From Bacteroidia bacterium (lineage in GTDB: Bacteria > Bacteroidota > Bacteroidia > NS11-12g > UBA9320), in assembly GCA_965216465.1 (NCBI GenBank), contig CBDCFW010000003.1:96001-160000 (forward strand): a DNA stretch of 64,000 nucleotides, read 5' to 3'. Both the position numbers and the translations under genes were made by a program. The notes under the pieces are model-generated. The model ran no database searches. It saw nothing but the letters and a program-made list of their open reading frames with translations, and was not told the DNA's origin. The stretch's first letter is position 1, and every line of letters starts with the position of its first letter. Positions 19,924 through 31,225 of this stretch are shown here, one piece after another.

Positions 19924-21964
19924 ACGCTTATTTGTGCTTCTTGGGGCTGTTTTACTATCCGCTTCAAGTTTTTCGCAGCAAGTAAAAAAGCGTTACAAGT
20001 GGAAGTATTTAGGGCCATCTGTTATTCCAGCTTCTAATGTCGATACAGGCGAATGGACCAGCACTGGTGTAGGGTGGATCGAAGATGTTTTAATCTCGGA
20101 TAAATGGTATGCGTCGAGCATAACTGGAGGAGTTTATCGATCAAATAATGAGGGTAAAAAATGGGTTAAACTCGACAAGTTTAATCTACAAGAAGGAGTG
20201 TTAGATATGCTCAAAATTAGCGATGAACTTTTTATTTCAACTGGACTTACGCACTACGACGAAAAATTTGGGTCGGGTGTTTATCGGTCAAGTAATAATG
20301 GTAAAACTTGGCAACCAACTGGTCTGCAGTTTAAACCGACTGACCTACAACCTGTTTGGGCGTTAGCACACCAAAATGAAAGGACATTAATCGCGTGTAC
20401 ACCTGAAAATATTTACGTAAGTCATGACTTAGGGTTGAATTGGAGTCTTTCAGTCACAAAAACAAAGTGTGATTTCAGGAGTTTGTTAGTTTCGTTAGAT
20501 CATTCGCGTATTTATGCTGCTGGTGCTAACTTGATGACAAGTGCAGATAGTGGAGAGAGTTGGCAAGATATTACCGATCGACTCTCGGTGTTTACCAAGA
20601 AAGGAACTAAACCAGTAGATATTCAACGTATTGCAATTTGCAATGATCCTAGCAAAGTAGGAAGGATGATGGCCTTTTACGCCGATGGCCGAACTGCATA
20701 CGTTGATGAAAGCTTAGATTTCGGTAATACTTGGGTAAACTTACACACCAGTAAGCGAATTAGAAGGGCAGATGTACACCATACTGAAATTGCAATACCT
20801 CCCAATAACCCAACAACTATAGTGTTAGGCACATACAGGGCTTATGTAAGTACGAACGGTGGAAAGACGTTCAGAGTAGCTACGATACCAGAATATGGAG
20901 CAAAGAACTTTACACACGACGACATTCGTGGCCTGCAATTAGTAGATGCTGGAGAGTTTTATCTAGCAACCGATGGTGGGGTGTTTCAATCGCTTGACAC
21001 AGGAAAGACTTGGAACAATGTATCTGGAAAAGGATTAAATGCAATGCAGATTTATGGTATAACCTTGCTGCGAAACGGAAGTCTCCTAGTGGGGTGTCAA
21101 GACTTAGGAACTTTTCTTGTTAACGGTAAAGAGTGGCTAAATCTAGGAGATTTATATGGCGACGGCGGCGAATCCTATGAATTGCAAGATCACTACATTG
21201 TTCAGATGGGAGGGACGCTAAGGCGTATGAATCAAGAGACTTTGCATGGTATAAACTTTGTTCATCCACCTTCGGGAGGAAGACCGTTTACATCCAAACT
21301 AGTAGCCTATCCAGGGGCTATAGATTCATTCTTTTATGTTGGAACCGATTTATGGTATAACAATGATTCGAAGTGGGTAAACAAAACAAAAAGATTAAAA
21401 GGAGGAGAATATGAGGCTTCTGGGTTTGATATCAATCCAAAAAATCCCAATCAATTGTTTTTTGCCTACGAACAACCCACATGGAATGCAAAGCAGCTTA
21501 AAAACAAATTTTTTAAGTCTACAGATACTGGAAAAACATGGGTCGACATTACACAAAACTTGCCCATTTTAGCTTGGCGCCACATTACTTCAATTTCGAG
21601 CAATCCAAATAATCCCAATGAAGTGCTTGTTTCGCTTGGAACATTAGATGTTGAAGAGATTCATAAGGTGTATCGAAGTCTAGATGGGGGCGAAACTTGG
21701 CAGAACTATTCAGAAGGTCTTCCTCAATATCAAACCTTTAAAATCGTTCACATTCCAAATTCAACTGGGGTAATTGTTTCTATGCTTGATGGAATTTACT
21801 ACCGCAATGCTCAGATGAAATCTTGGCAAAAGCTATCAGGCAAAATTCCAAACATAGCAATTCGTGATTTTGATATTGACTACGATGGTCGCTGGCTTTA
21901 TGCAGGAACCTATGGCAATGGACTTTGGAAGCTGAGAATTCCGAGAAAGATGCTCAAATTTTAG
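19913..21964 (+). CDS. Secreted BNR/Asp-box (VPS10/sialidase-like) beta-propeller protein
   Basis: Signal peptide; many SxD/NxGxTW repeats; C-terminal AGTYGNGLW. Confidence 0.8.
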   Translation: MSFKRLFVLLGAVLLSASSFSQQVKKRYKWKYLGPSVIPASNVDTGEWTSTGVGWIEDVLISDKWYASSITGGVYRSNNEGKKWVKLDKFNLQEGVLDMLKISDELFISTGLTHYDEKFGSGVYRSSNNGKTWQPTGLQFKPTDLQPVWALAHQNERTLIACTPENIYVSHDLGLNWSLSVTKTKCDFRSLLVSLDHSRIYAAGANLMTSADSGESWQDITDRLSVFTKKGTKPVDIQRIAICNDPSKVGRMMAFYADGRTAYVDESLDFGNTWVNLHTSKRIRRADVHHTEIAIPPNNPTTIVLGTYRAYVSTNGGKTFRVATIPEYGAKNFTHDDIRGLQLVDAGEFYLATDGGVFQSLDTGKTWNNVSGKGLNAMQIYGITLLRNGSLLVGCQDLGTFLVNGKEWLNLGDLYGDGGESYELQDHYIVQMGGTLRRMNQETLHGINFVHPPSGGRPFTSKLVAYPGAIDSFFYVGTDLWYNNDSKWVNKTKRLKGGEYEASGFDINPKNPNQLFFAYEQPTWNAKQLKNKFFKSTDTGKTWVDITQNLPILAWRHITSISSNPNNPNEVLVSLGTLDVEEIHKVYRSLDGGETWQNYSEGLPQYQTFKIVHIPNSTGVIVSMLDGIYYRNAQMKSWQKLSGKIPNIAIRDFDIDYDGRWLYAGTYGNGLWKLRIPRKMLKF

Positions 21965-23636
21965 GTCGTAAAATCCATAAATCATCTTTATGAATCTTCG
22001 CTGTATTGAATTCAGCCATAGCATCCTCTTCATTGCTTCCGGCATAGTAGGCAACGCGGTATAAGCCATTCTCAAACTGAAGAATTTCAAGTTGATCATA
22101 TACATCAATCCACTTGCTCCAAAGGTCGTAAGCACTTGAATAGCTGTAGGTTGAACCGACAATCACATAGTACATGCCTTCTACAGGTTTCTTGGCGTTT
22201 TCGTCCATAACAGGTGTTGAAGGAATCACTTGTGTTACGCTAGTATCGGATCCGTCATCTTTTATAATGTCTTTATAGATTATCTTCTCAACCTCTTTAA
22301 TAACTACTTTAGGTTCAACCTTAGTTAAGACAATAATCGAGTCTCCAATTTTGAAATTTTTAAAATGATAATTCTCGGCAATTGCAGTTGCATTTGCTCC
22401 GTGAACATCTTGACTAGTTACATAATTGAAAAACCCTCGTTGATCTGAAATAGTATAAGCACCATAACCGGTTTGAGGTTCAATTAGAATTCGAACATTT
22501 TTTACGGCGTTACCTTCTTCGTCAACTATTGAACCCGTATAGCTGAATAACTCATCAGGTTTAACGTAATGGCTTATAGCCAATGAATCGTTGTTGAACT
22601 GCTGGTAAATGAAATATTTGTTTCGTCCGTTTGGAATAAGAGAAAGGTCATCGTTGGCAGAATTAAATTCAAAGCAATTGGCAACAATGCTATTGTAGTC
22701 ATTTAAGTTCTTGAATTTGTATAGGTCGTATCCTCCTTTAGAAACTTTACCATTAGAACTAAAATAAAGCCATTCTTTTGTTTTGGTTGGATAAATGTCG
22801 TGGCCTTTACTGTTTACGCGCTGTCCTAAGTTAATTGGAGAGTTAAAGCTACCATCTATAAACACGCTTATATACAGGTCATATCCTCCAAAGCCACCTT
22901 TTTTATCTGATGCGAAATAGAGCGTGTTTGTTTCCTCATCCATAAATGGAAATGCATAATTACCCGGTTCTGATTCGAACAATTTAGTAGGTTTTTTCCA
23001 AGCCCCATTCTTTTTAGAAAAGTAGAAAAGACTAACTGAATTTTCTTGGTAATTAATGATAGAGCCTACAGCGCTCTGGCCTTCATTAAAAAAGCTAACA
23101 GACCCTAGAGGGAGTGAAGTGGCTGATTTTAGTCTTTGCGATTTGTGCGATAAGTTGCCATCGCAGTCTACATTGAACTTATACAATCGACTATTTTCAA
23201 CAGCGTATAAATTTCCACCGCTTGCAGAAGGATTGAGATAATTGGCATCAGAACCAACATTGGTAGGAATAAATGGAATACTATTGTTCTCAAATACTTC
23301 ATCTATTTCATACAGTTCATTACCTTCAGTTATGCCCTTCTTGTCTATATATTCATTATAGAACTCTCTAGCCAGTCCATGCTTATTCTGAATCAACAGA
23401 GTATTTGCGAACAATAAGAAATCGCTGGTTGTCATTGTCCCTTGATCTAAAGCTACATAGAACTGAGATTCAGCAAGTTCGAATTTCCCACTTAAGTAGT
23501 ACGCACGGGCCTTTGATATATTAGAAGCTCGATCGATGGCGTGCGGATTGTATTTAACCAACTCTAATTCAGGAATTTGTGAAAATCCAGATAAGAGAGT
23601 TAAGCAGGTTAAGAGAAGACAAAGTGTTCTTGGCAT
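21954..23636 (-). CDS. Secreted TPR/PD40 protein with C-terminal SPOR-like domain
   Basis: YFASDKKGGFGGYDLY PD40 repeats; C-terminal YYVIVGS..GLYRV; ATG 23636 preferred. Confidence 0.7.
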   Translation of the reverse strand: MPRTLCLLLTCLTLLSGFSQIPELELVKYNPHAIDRASNISKARAYYLSGKFELAESQFYVALDQGTMTTSDFLLFANTLLIQNKHGLAREFYNEYIDKKGITEGNELYEIDEVFENNSIPFIPTNVGSDANYLNPSASGGNLYAVENSRLYKFNVDCDGNLSHKSQRLKSATSLPLGSVSFFNEGQSAVGSIINYQENSVSLFYFSKKNGAWKKPTKLFESEPGNYAFPFMDEETNTLYFASDKKGGFGGYDLYISVFIDGSFNSPINLGQRVNSKGHDIYPTKTKEWLYFSSNGKVSKGGYDLYKFKNLNDYNSIVANCFEFNSANDDLSLIPNGRNKYFIYQQFNNDSLAISHYVKPDELFSYTGSIVDEEGNAVKNVRILIEPQTGYGAYTISDQRGFFNYVTSQDVHGANATAIAENYHFKNFKIGDSIIVLTKVEPKVVIKEVEKIIYKDIIKDDGSDTSVTQVIPSTPVMDENAKKPVEGMYYVIVGSTYSYSSAYDLWSKWIDVYDQLEILQFENGLYRVAYYAGSNEEDAMAEFNTAKIHKDDLWILRPKI

Positions 23637-23654
23637 AATGGGCTGCAAATTTCG

Positions 23655-24881
23655 TTATTTTATTTGATTCTTGATGTTCTTAACAATTGATTTAGCTGCA
23701 AGATAGCCACCAGTCCATGCTGCTTGAAAATTAAATCCTCCGGTTATTGCATCAATATTGAGTAATTCACCTACAGCATACAGATTTTTCTTGCCACGTA
23801 TTTCAAATGTTTCTGCACTTACTGTATCAAGATCTATGCCACCGGCAGTAACAAACTCTTCTTTAAATGTACTCTTACCAGATATTTTTACTTGAAATGC
23901 GGTTAATTGGGTCGCCAGTCGCTGAATGCCTTTCTTACCAATTTCAGACCAATTGGTGTACTCTTTAAGATTGGATAAGCGAAACAACTCATTCCACAAT
24001 CTTTTAGGTAAACCATGCTCTTTCCAGTTGATTACCTTGTCTTTAGGATGGATTTCAGCATGCGACTTAAGCAAGACTACAAGGTCTTTTAAATTTTGAT
24101 TGAGCCAATTGACAGACAGGGTAAAGTTGTAATCTAGGTCGTGTAATTCTCTTGCACTCCAGGCACTTAACCTTAGAATAGCAGGACCACTATAACCCCA
24201 ATGTGTAACCAAAACAGGACCTTCTTGTTCACTTGACTTGATCTCATTTATAGAAACCTTTGCAGAAGGCACACTTATTCCAGACAGCAATTTAAGCATA
24301 TGATCTTGTGCATTAAAGGTAAACAGCGAAGGAACTGGGTCAATAAGCGAAATCGATAGACTTCTTAGAATTGAAAATACTTGCTTATTGCAGCTAGTAG
24401 CCATTACTACTACATCGGCTCTAATAGTCTTGTCTTTAAACACCAGCTCATAGCCTTTAGGATTTTCTATTAAACCCGTTAAGCGGTGTTCTGTCTTAAC
24501 TTTTATTCCAAGTCTATCAGCAGTTTGCGTAAGGCAATTGTAAATGGATTGCGACTTGTCAGAAACGGGGAATACGCGACCATCCGCCTCGGTTTTAAGT
24601 GGAACACCATGCTGCTTAAACCATTGCTGGGTGTGATTAGAACTAAATTGAGTAAAAGGGTCTAGTAAAAAAGCATTTCCACGTGGGTAGTAAGTTACTA
24701 ACTCATTAGGCTCAGAAATAGCGTTGGTTACATTGCAACGACCTCCACCAGAAATTAGCACCTTGCTCAACAACTTGCTTTGACCCTCATATAGTGTTAC
24801 TTCGGCTTTTACTTGCTGAGCAACGTGTATAGCTGTAAAAAAGCCTGAAGCACCTCCACCAATAATAGCAACCTTGGTCAT
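23655..24881 (-). CDS. HI0933/BaiN-family flavoprotein
   Basis: IIGGGASG, ISGGGRCNVTN, GRVFP, THWGYSGP, VTAGG, TGGFNFQ.AW..G. Confidence 0.92.
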   Translation of the reverse strand: MTKVAIIGGGASGFFTAIHVAQQVKAEVTLYEGQSKLLSKVLISGGGRCNVTNAISEPNELVTYYPRGNAFLLDPFTQFSSNHTQQWFKQHGVPLKTEADGRVFPVSDKSQSIYNCLTQTADRLGIKVKTEHRLTGLIENPKGYELVFKDKTIRADVVVMATSCNKQVFSILRSLSISLIDPVPSLFTFNAQDHMLKLLSGISVPSAKVSINEIKSSEQEGPVLVTHWGYSGPAILRLSAWSARELHDLDYNFTLSVNWLNQNLKDLVVLLKSHAEIHPKDKVINWKEHGLPKRLWNELFRLSNLKEYTNWSEIGKKGIQRLATQLTAFQVKISGKSTFKEEFVTAGGIDLDTVSAETFEIRGKKNLYAVGELLNIDAITGGFNFQAAWTGGYLAAKSIVKNIKNQIK

Positions 24882-24883
24882 GG

Positions 24884-25747
24884 CTAAAGATTAAAGAATT
24901 CAATCGTTTCTGTCACCACTTCGGCAAATGCTTTAGGTATTTTTCTTTCTTCTAAAGGATGTTTTGTATTGAAGGTGTGATTTGCTTCTTCCACTTCAAC
25001 CAATATGGAGTGACCTACCTCGTTAAATACTGCTTGACCTTCGCTCAATGGAACAGTTTCGTCGTCTTCACCATGCACAATGAGCAGTGGGCATACAATC
25101 TTTTCAAAAACATCTTCCATTTCAAACAGCTCCCGATTTTGCTGATATGCCTCTACAAATTGATAATAAATAGGCATCTCTTGTCCTGTTCGTCCGTTGA
25201 GAACAACATGTTTGCCTTCAGTTTTCCAGTCGGTTAAGTCTTTCATGCGCATATATTTACTTAGGTCTGAAACTCCTGCCCAGGTCGCACATTTACTTAT
25301 TCTGGAATCATTAGCTGCTCGAACAAGTGACATTGCACCACCGCGGCTGTGACCGATGAGGAAAATCTTTTGATTCCACTCGAAATCAAATGAGTCTGCC
25401 TTTTTCTCAATAAAATCAAGAACCGTTCCGATTTCATCGTATTCAATCTTGAAGTTGTTATTTCCAAATGCTTCAAGGTCAACAAATTCAGTCGGGTTTG
25501 AGGGTGTTGTACCGTTGTGCGAGAAGTTGAACTTAAAAAACGGTATTTGTTTAAGAGCAAATATTTCAGCAGCTAAAGGCCATGCCCCCCAATCTTTGAA
25601 TCCTTTAAATCCATGCACAAATACACAGATGGGAACCGAAGTTTGATGATTGCCATAGGTAATATCAGCTGATATCAGTCGCTGATTAGAACCTTTAAAC
25701 TTAAATGATTTGTTATTTAATGGGTTGTTATGGCTTGTAGAACTCAA
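24884..25747 (-). CDS. Alpha/beta hydrolase
   Basis: HGFKGFKDWG, GHSRGG nucleophile elbow, HGEDDETV, H.F. Confidence 0.88.
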   Translation of the reverse strand: MSSTSHNNPLNNKSFKFKGSNQRLISADITYGNHQTSVPICVFVHGFKGFKDWGAWPLAAEIFALKQIPFFKFNFSHNGTTPSNPTEFVDLEAFGNNNFKIEYDEIGTVLDFIEKKADSFDFEWNQKIFLIGHSRGGAMSLVRAANDSRISKCATWAGVSDLSKYMRMKDLTDWKTEGKHVVLNGRTGQEMPIYYQFVEAYQQNRELFEMEDVFEKIVCPLLIVHGEDDETVPLSEGQAVFNEVGHSILVEVEEANHTFNTKHPLEERKIPKAFAEVVTETIEFFNL

Positions 25748-25748
25748 T

Positions 25749-26654
25749 TTATTTTAGATTGTTGAATGTGGTCAGTGCGTCGAAGTTTTTGGCTTCTTGA
25801 CCAACACGAATTATTCGCACTGATTTCATGTATACTGGAGTGTTTGGTCTATCTGCTTTCGATCTTGGAACATTTCCAATTGCGTCAACAATGTCTTGGC
25901 CTTTAATTACATAACCGAACACGTTATAACCTCCATCTAACCAAGGAGTAGCACGGTGCGTAATAAAAAATTGTGATCCATTTGTATTTGGACCAGAGTT
26001 GGCCATTGAGAAAGTTCCTACCTTATGAGAAAGATCTTTACTTGTTTCGTTTCTGAATTTGTATCCTGGTCCACCAGAACCAATTCCATCAGGGTCACCA
26101 CCTTGAATCATGAAGTTTGGAATTACTCGGTGAAATATCAAACTGTCGTAATAAGGAATTCCAAGGGGCTTTGCACCATTTTTAATACTTCCTTCAGCGA
26201 GACCAACAAAGTTTGCAACCGTTAAAGGTGCCTTTTCATACTCGAGCTTGCCATAGATATCGCCCATTGAAGTAGATACTTTAGCATACAATCCTGGTGT
26301 AGTTATGTGCAGATTTTTTTCAACTTCTTCTACAAGAGAATAGGTGTATGCTTTGCCCAATTCCTTTGCTTCTTTGCGCTTAAGCTTAGTTTTAGAAACT
26401 TTAAGAATATATGCAAAACCAGGTTCGTAATTAAAACCTTCTATTGCTTCGCCAAAAGGAGTAAGCTGTGAGGCATCAATGGGGTCTGTAACATCATTTA
26501 AGTACTGAATTTCAATGCAAGAAGCTTGCTCTTGTGCACAAAGCGATTGGTTATTATGGTGCACGTAGATTAAAAACTCAGTAGGCTTAGCCTTAAAGAA
26601 GCCTGAAAGGCCCACAAAAATTAGCAGTAGAGAAAATCCTTTTATCAATTTCAT
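25749..26654 (-). CDS. DUF4377-like domain fused to cyclophilin-type peptidyl-prolyl isomerase
   Basis: IEGFNYEPGF.Y.L.V; FHRVIPNFMIQGGDP, SMANSGPNTNGSQFFIT. Confidence 0.88.
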   Translation of the reverse strand: MKLIKGFSLLLIFVGLSGFFKAKPTEFLIYVHHNNQSLCAQEQASCIEIQYLNDVTDPIDASQLTPFGEAIEGFNYEPGFAYILKVSKTKLKRKEAKELGKAYTYSLVEEVEKNLHITTPGLYAKVSTSMGDIYGKLEYEKAPLTVANFVGLAEGSIKNGAKPLGIPYYDSLIFHRVIPNFMIQGGDPDGIGSGGPGYKFRNETSKDLSHKVGTFSMANSGPNTNGSQFFITHRATPWLDGGYNVFGYVIKGQDIVDAIGNVPRSKADRPNTPVYMKSVRIIRVGQEAKNFDALTTFNNLK

Positions 26655-26780
26655 AGCGGCAAAAATACAGAATTACATAAGCCTTTCTATGTTAAAAAAT
26701 AGTCACGAAGCAAAGCACGAATTGAAAACAAGTTAATGGCAATGGTCTAGTGTATTTTGCCTATCCTTGCACCATCGAAA

Positions 26781-28373
26781 ATGAGTCTTGAACAAGAACT
26801 AAATAGGAGAAAAACTTTTGGGATTATATCTCACCCTGATGCTGGTAAAACAACATTGACCGAGAAGCTTCTTTTATTCGGAGGGGCAATTCAAACTGCG
26901 GGTGCTGTAAAAAGCAATAAGATTAAGAAAACTGCTACTTCCGACTTTATGGAAATAGAGAAGCAAAGAGGGATATCTGTTGCTACTTCGGTAATGAGCT
27001 TTGAGTATAAAGGAAAAAAGATTAATATTCTTGATACTCCTGGTCACAAAGACTTTGCTGAGGATACTTACAGAACTTTAACGGCGGTAGATAGTGTTAT
27101 TTTGGTTGTTGACGTTGCAAAAGGGGTAGAGGCTCAAACGCGAAAACTGATGCAGGTTTGTCGTATGCGAAATACACCTGTTATAATCTTTGTAAACAAA
27201 ATGGATCGCGAAGGTCAGGAGCCCTTCGATATTCTTGATGAGTTAGAGTCTGAATTGAATATCAGTACTCGGCCGTTAAGTTGGCCAATAAACATGGGTA
27301 GTCGTTTTAAGGGTGTTTATCTGTTGCACGATAACTCACTAAACTTGTTTGAATCAAATAAAACAAGGAAGGCTGCTGAATATATTGAGATCAGTGACTT
27401 GAACGATAAAATGCTCGATGAGATGGTTGGTGAGGCCGATGCGGATCAGTTACGTGAAGATGTAGAGCTGATTAATGGAGTTTATGAACCTTTTGACCGC
27501 GAACTTTATGAAGAGGGTTTGTTAGCTCCAGTGTTCTTTGGCTCTGCACTAAACAACTTCGGTGTTCAAGAGATGCTCGACACATTTGTTGAAATTGCTC
27601 CAGGACCGCAGCCAAGGGTAACTGATGCTCGAGAAATAGCACCAGATGAGTCAAAGATGAGTGGATTTATATTCAAAATACACGCGAATCTTGATCCAAA
27701 TCATCGAGATAGAATTGCATTCTTACGTGTATGCTCTGGAACTTTCGAGCGAAATAAATTTTATATACATCCCCGAACAGAGAAAAAAATGCGTTTCAGC
27801 AATCCGTATACTTTTCTTGCTGATAGTAAGGAGGTTACGCAGTTTGCCTATCCAGGTGATGTTGTCGGATTATACGACACCGGAAACTTCAAAATTGGCG
27901 ATGGGTTGACTGAGGGGGAGAAAATTCAATTTCAAGGAATTCCGAGTTTTAGTCCTGAGTTGTTTAGAGAGGTTATCAATTTAGACCCAATGAAAACTAA
28001 GCAACTTGAGAAGGGACTAAATCAGCTAACTGATGAGGGCGTAGCTCAATTATTTACGCAACAACCAGGTAATAGAAAGATTATTGGTGTGGTAGGAGAG
28101 CTTCAGTTTGAAGTTATACAATACCGACTCGAACACGAGTACAATGCCAAAGCTCGATTTGAACCAATGCGTTATCACAAAGCCTGTTGGATGACGGGTG
28201 ACGAAGCCAAAATACAAGAGTTTATTAAGTATAAGCCAAGTGAGATTGTGAAAGACAAAGATGAAAACTTGGTATTCTTGGCTCAAACAGCCTTTGTTTT
28301 ACAAATGGCAAAGCAAAACAATCCAGAAATTGAATTTCACGAAACCAGTGAGTTCAAGGTTGCGAGTGCCTAG
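26781..28373 (+). CDS. prfC: Peptide chain release factor 3
   Basis: [31 protein letters not shown]; ATG 26781 preferred. Confidence 0.97.
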   Translation: MSLEQELNRRKTFGIISHPDAGKTTLTEKLLLFGGAIQTAGAVKSNKIKKTATSDFMEIEKQRGISVATSVMSFEYKGKKINILDTPGHKDFAEDTYRTLTAVDSVILVVDVAKGVEAQTRKLMQVCRMRNTPVIIFVNKMDREGQEPFDILDELESELNISTRPLSWPINMGSRFKGVYLLHDNSLNLFESNKTRKAAEYIEISDLNDKMLDEMVGEADADQLREDVELINGVYEPFDRELYEEGLLAPVFFGSALNNFGVQEMLDTFVEIAPGPQPRVTDAREIAPDESKMSGFIFKIHANLDPNHRDRIAFLRVCSGTFERNKFYIHPRTEKKMRFSNPYTFLADSKEVTQFAYPGDVVGLYDTGNFKIGDGLTEGEKIQFQGIPSFSPELFREVINLDPMKTKQLEKGLNQLTDEGVAQLFTQQPGNRKIIGVVGELQFEVIQYRLEHEYNAKARFEPMRYHKACWMTGDEAKIQEFIKYKPSEIVKDKDENLVFLAQTAFVLQMAKQNNPEIEFHETSEFKVASA

Positions 28374-28382
28374 GTCTTACAA

Positions 28383-29756
28383 TCAATAAGCTTGGTGGTA
28401 AATTCTTAGCGTGCCTTTTTTACGACTGAGGTATTCAAAATACAGCACATCTTCGTTAAAGATTAAATAGTTATAAGACTTGTTTTCTTTTGAGGCGGTA
28501 GAAGAGTTTAGGGATAGACTCACCGTATTTTTTGCTATTGCACTGTATTCGCTGTTCCGGGTATCTAAAGTATTAAATGTTGAAGTGCTATAAGGTGACC
28601 AATCATCATTCATTAGTCGAATCTTTCCTTTTCTTCCAGCGTCACGTAATCCGCTAAAGTCATATTCCATCAAATTGTATTCGTCTTTACCTCCAATTAT
28701 AGAACGGTGAAGACCTAAGCTATCAAGGTACAGGGTATACCGCTGACCGTAAATTATGGTTTGGATTTCATTAATATTTACAAACAATCCACCGTTGAAA
28801 TCTTCCTTTAAAGCAATAACGGAAGGCTTTCTTATAACGTCGGCTGGTACATAACCTTCAAAATATTGAAAAGGAATTTCACTGAAATAAACCAGATCTA
28901 GATCTGAATTAAACTTGGCAATCCAAAGTCCGATAAAATTGTCTCCTAGTTTTTGAGTTGGGTACTTGTTTTTAAACTTAATGTCGAGCTTACCTAGTAA
29001 ATAAAAAGCATCACTCTCTTGGTATGTTCCAAATACTCTGGCATCAACACTACTGTTATAAGTAAAGCTGGTGTAATCGAGCTTCAGATCATAGGTTTTA
29101 GTTGAACGTTCTCTTGACACTAAGTCATATTTTGAAAGCAGAAGGTGCATTTCACTGTGATCTCTCTCCAACGTATACGTACTTGAAATTACATCAAATT
29201 CGTTTGAAGCAATGGTCTGCAATACCGTCGAATTGTATTTTTCTTCTGCGTGCAATACGGTGTAAATAGGGGTTAGACCCTCTGAACTTACTTCATATGC
29301 AATCATCTCATTTTCTTGACGTGAAAGCACGAAAAGATCTTCTAAAACGCAATACCAATAGGCCTCTTTATCTTGAAACTTAAGCTTATATGTGGGTTTC
29401 GTTATTTGGCCCGTTTCGGGTTGCATTTGGGTTATCCAAACATCGTTCTCAGTTTGACTGATGATGTATAAAGCAAGACTATCGGTAATTACTTCTAGGC
29501 GATTTAAATTGCTTTTCGACGCTTTAGGAATCTCAAAGCTGGAGCTCCAAACTTTTTTGCCCTGTGTTGTGATCAGGGTAGCATTCATGTTCGAATTCTT
29601 ATCCGAACAAGATATAAGAATGCAGCCATTCTTGACTTTTTTTAAGCCCAAAATTTCCAAATTTGTTTGTTCAAACACCGGAGCAATTTGTGCTTGGCTA
29701 AATCCACAGAAGAGTAGGAAAAGCAGCGTAAAGTACCTAGAAAATGTAGTAGTCAT
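28383..29756 (-). CDS. Secreted hypothetical protein, beta-rich
   Basis: 457-aa ORF, signal peptide, TATATTTG -7 element at 29763-29770. Confidence 0.65.
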   Translation of the reverse strand: MTTTFSRYFTLLFLLFCGFSQAQIAPVFEQTNLEILGLKKVKNGCILISCSDKNSNMNATLITTQGKKVWSSSFEIPKASKSNLNRLEVITDSLALYIISQTENDVWITQMQPETGQITKPTYKLKFQDKEAYWYCVLEDLFVLSRQENEMIAYEVSSEGLTPIYTVLHAEEKYNSTVLQTIASNEFDVISSTYTLERDHSEMHLLLSKYDLVSRERSTKTYDLKLDYTSFTYNSSVDARVFGTYQESDAFYLLGKLDIKFKNKYPTQKLGDNFIGLWIAKFNSDLDLVYFSEIPFQYFEGYVPADVIRKPSVIALKEDFNGGLFVNINEIQTIIYGQRYTLYLDSLGLHRSIIGGKDEYNLMEYDFSGLRDAGRKGKIRLMNDDWSPYSTSTFNTLDTRNSEYSAIAKNTVSLSLNSSTASKENKSYNYLIFNEDVLYFEYLSRKKGTLRIYHQAY

Positions 29757-29770
29757 GTCCTACAAATATA

Positions 29771-31195
29771 CTAGTAAAAATAGAAACTTAAGTATTGCTT
29801 AGAACCGCTAGGACTAACGCCTTCGATTCGAATCTGACCTTTTAAATTCTCCATGTAATTTAAGAATGATTCAAGATCTTCGAATTGCTTTTGATTAATT
29901 TTAGTAAAGATGAAGCCTTCAGGAATATTCATCTTACGAATCTTACCGTTGGTAATGTTTCTTACCTTAATTCCTGAGGAGATTCCAAATGTTTCTCTTT
30001 CGAGTTTAGAGACCATTTCAAATTCAGCACCAAGCGAAGTACTTTTCACGCTTTCTCTTTTAATCAATTCGGTTGTTCCTTCTTTGTTCACCAATTTGAA
30101 ATCCAGGTTTTTAGTAGATCCGTCTCTTGAAATTTCTAAATTAATGATGTCACCGGGTCTATGATAGGCAAGTAGTTCATCGTATTGTGCTTTTGAATTT
30201 ACTTCAGCTCCATCAAGCTTTAAGATTACATCGCCAGCTTCAAGCTTGTTGCCAACGAAAGAATTTGCTCCAGTTACACGTTCAATTAAAACTCCAGAGC
30301 TAACACCTAAAGTTTCAGAAATATTGCCATCAATGTCGGCAACTTCTATCCCTAAGAATCCGCGTTGAACTTCCCCAAATTCTTTTAAATCTTGAACAAT
30401 TTTTGAAACAATGTTACTTGGAATTGCAAATCCGTAACCAATATAAGACCCTGTTTTAGAGGCGATTGCGGTATTAACTCCTATGAGATTTCCTTTTAAA
30501 TCAACCAACGCCCCGCCACTATTTCCAGGATTAATCGCGGCATCGGTCTGGATAAATGATTCTATAGGAAATTGATTATTAACGATGTTAATATTTCTAC
30601 CTTTCGCACTTACGATACCAGCCGTTACGGTGCTGGTTAAGTTGAATGGATTTCCTACAGCGAGCACCCATTGTCCTATCTGTACCTTGTCAGAGTCTTC
30701 AAATTCAATGGCTATCAATCCATCCGTATTTATTTTAAGAAGAGCTAAATCACTACTTGGGTCCGAACCTACCAATTCAGCTGCGAATTCTTTTTTCGTG
30801 TCGTTCAGCACTACAGAAATTTTGTCAGCATTTTTAATAACGTGGTGGTTGGTAATAATGTATCCATCATTACTGATAATCACACCAGAACCTGTACTCG
30901 CAACCTTACCTACACTTCCAAAAGGATCGTAGCCGAAGAACCAAAAAGAATTGCGTTGATACTGTGATTCTGTTTTAATGAAAACAACACTTGGAGTACT
31001 CTTTTTCGAAGCAGTAATAAATCCGGTTTGAAGATCAGCTGCCTGTGCATCGCTTACCGTTCTGTATGGTGTAGATTGTTCTTGTTTAACTACAACAACG
31101 TTTTGTTCGTTGAACAGTGTTTTATATAAAAAAGCTCCTGAAAAAGATGCAATAAGCGTTAAGCCAGCAATGAGTAGTACCTGTTTTCCTTTCAT
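29771..31195 (-). CDS. HtrA/DegP-like serine protease with PDZ domains
   Basis: GSGVI, TNHHV, DLALL, IQTDAAINPGNSGG. Confidence 0.95.
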   Translation of the reverse strand: MKGKQVLLIAGLTLIASFSGAFLYKTLFNEQNVVVVKQEQSTPYRTVSDAQAADLQTGFITASKKSTPSVVFIKTESQYQRNSFWFFGYDPFGSVGKVASTGSGVIISNDGYIITNHHVIKNADKISVVLNDTKKEFAAELVGSDPSSDLALLKINTDGLIAIEFEDSDKVQIGQWVLAVGNPFNLTSTVTAGIVSAKGRNINIVNNQFPIESFIQTDAAINPGNSGGALVDLKGNLIGVNTAIASKTGSYIGYGFAIPSNIVSKIVQDLKEFGEVQRGFLGIEVADIDGNISETLGVSSGVLIERVTGANSFVGNKLEAGDVILKLDGAEVNSKAQYDELLAYHRPGDIINLEISRDGSTKNLDFKLVNKEGTTELIKRESVKSTSLGAEFEMVSKLERETFGISSGIKVRNITNGKIRKMNIPEGFIFTKINQKQFEDLESFLNYMENLKGQIRIEGVSPSGSKQYLSFYFY

Positions 31196-31225
31196 ATCAT
31201 TATAACTGCAAATAGATTGCCAAAA

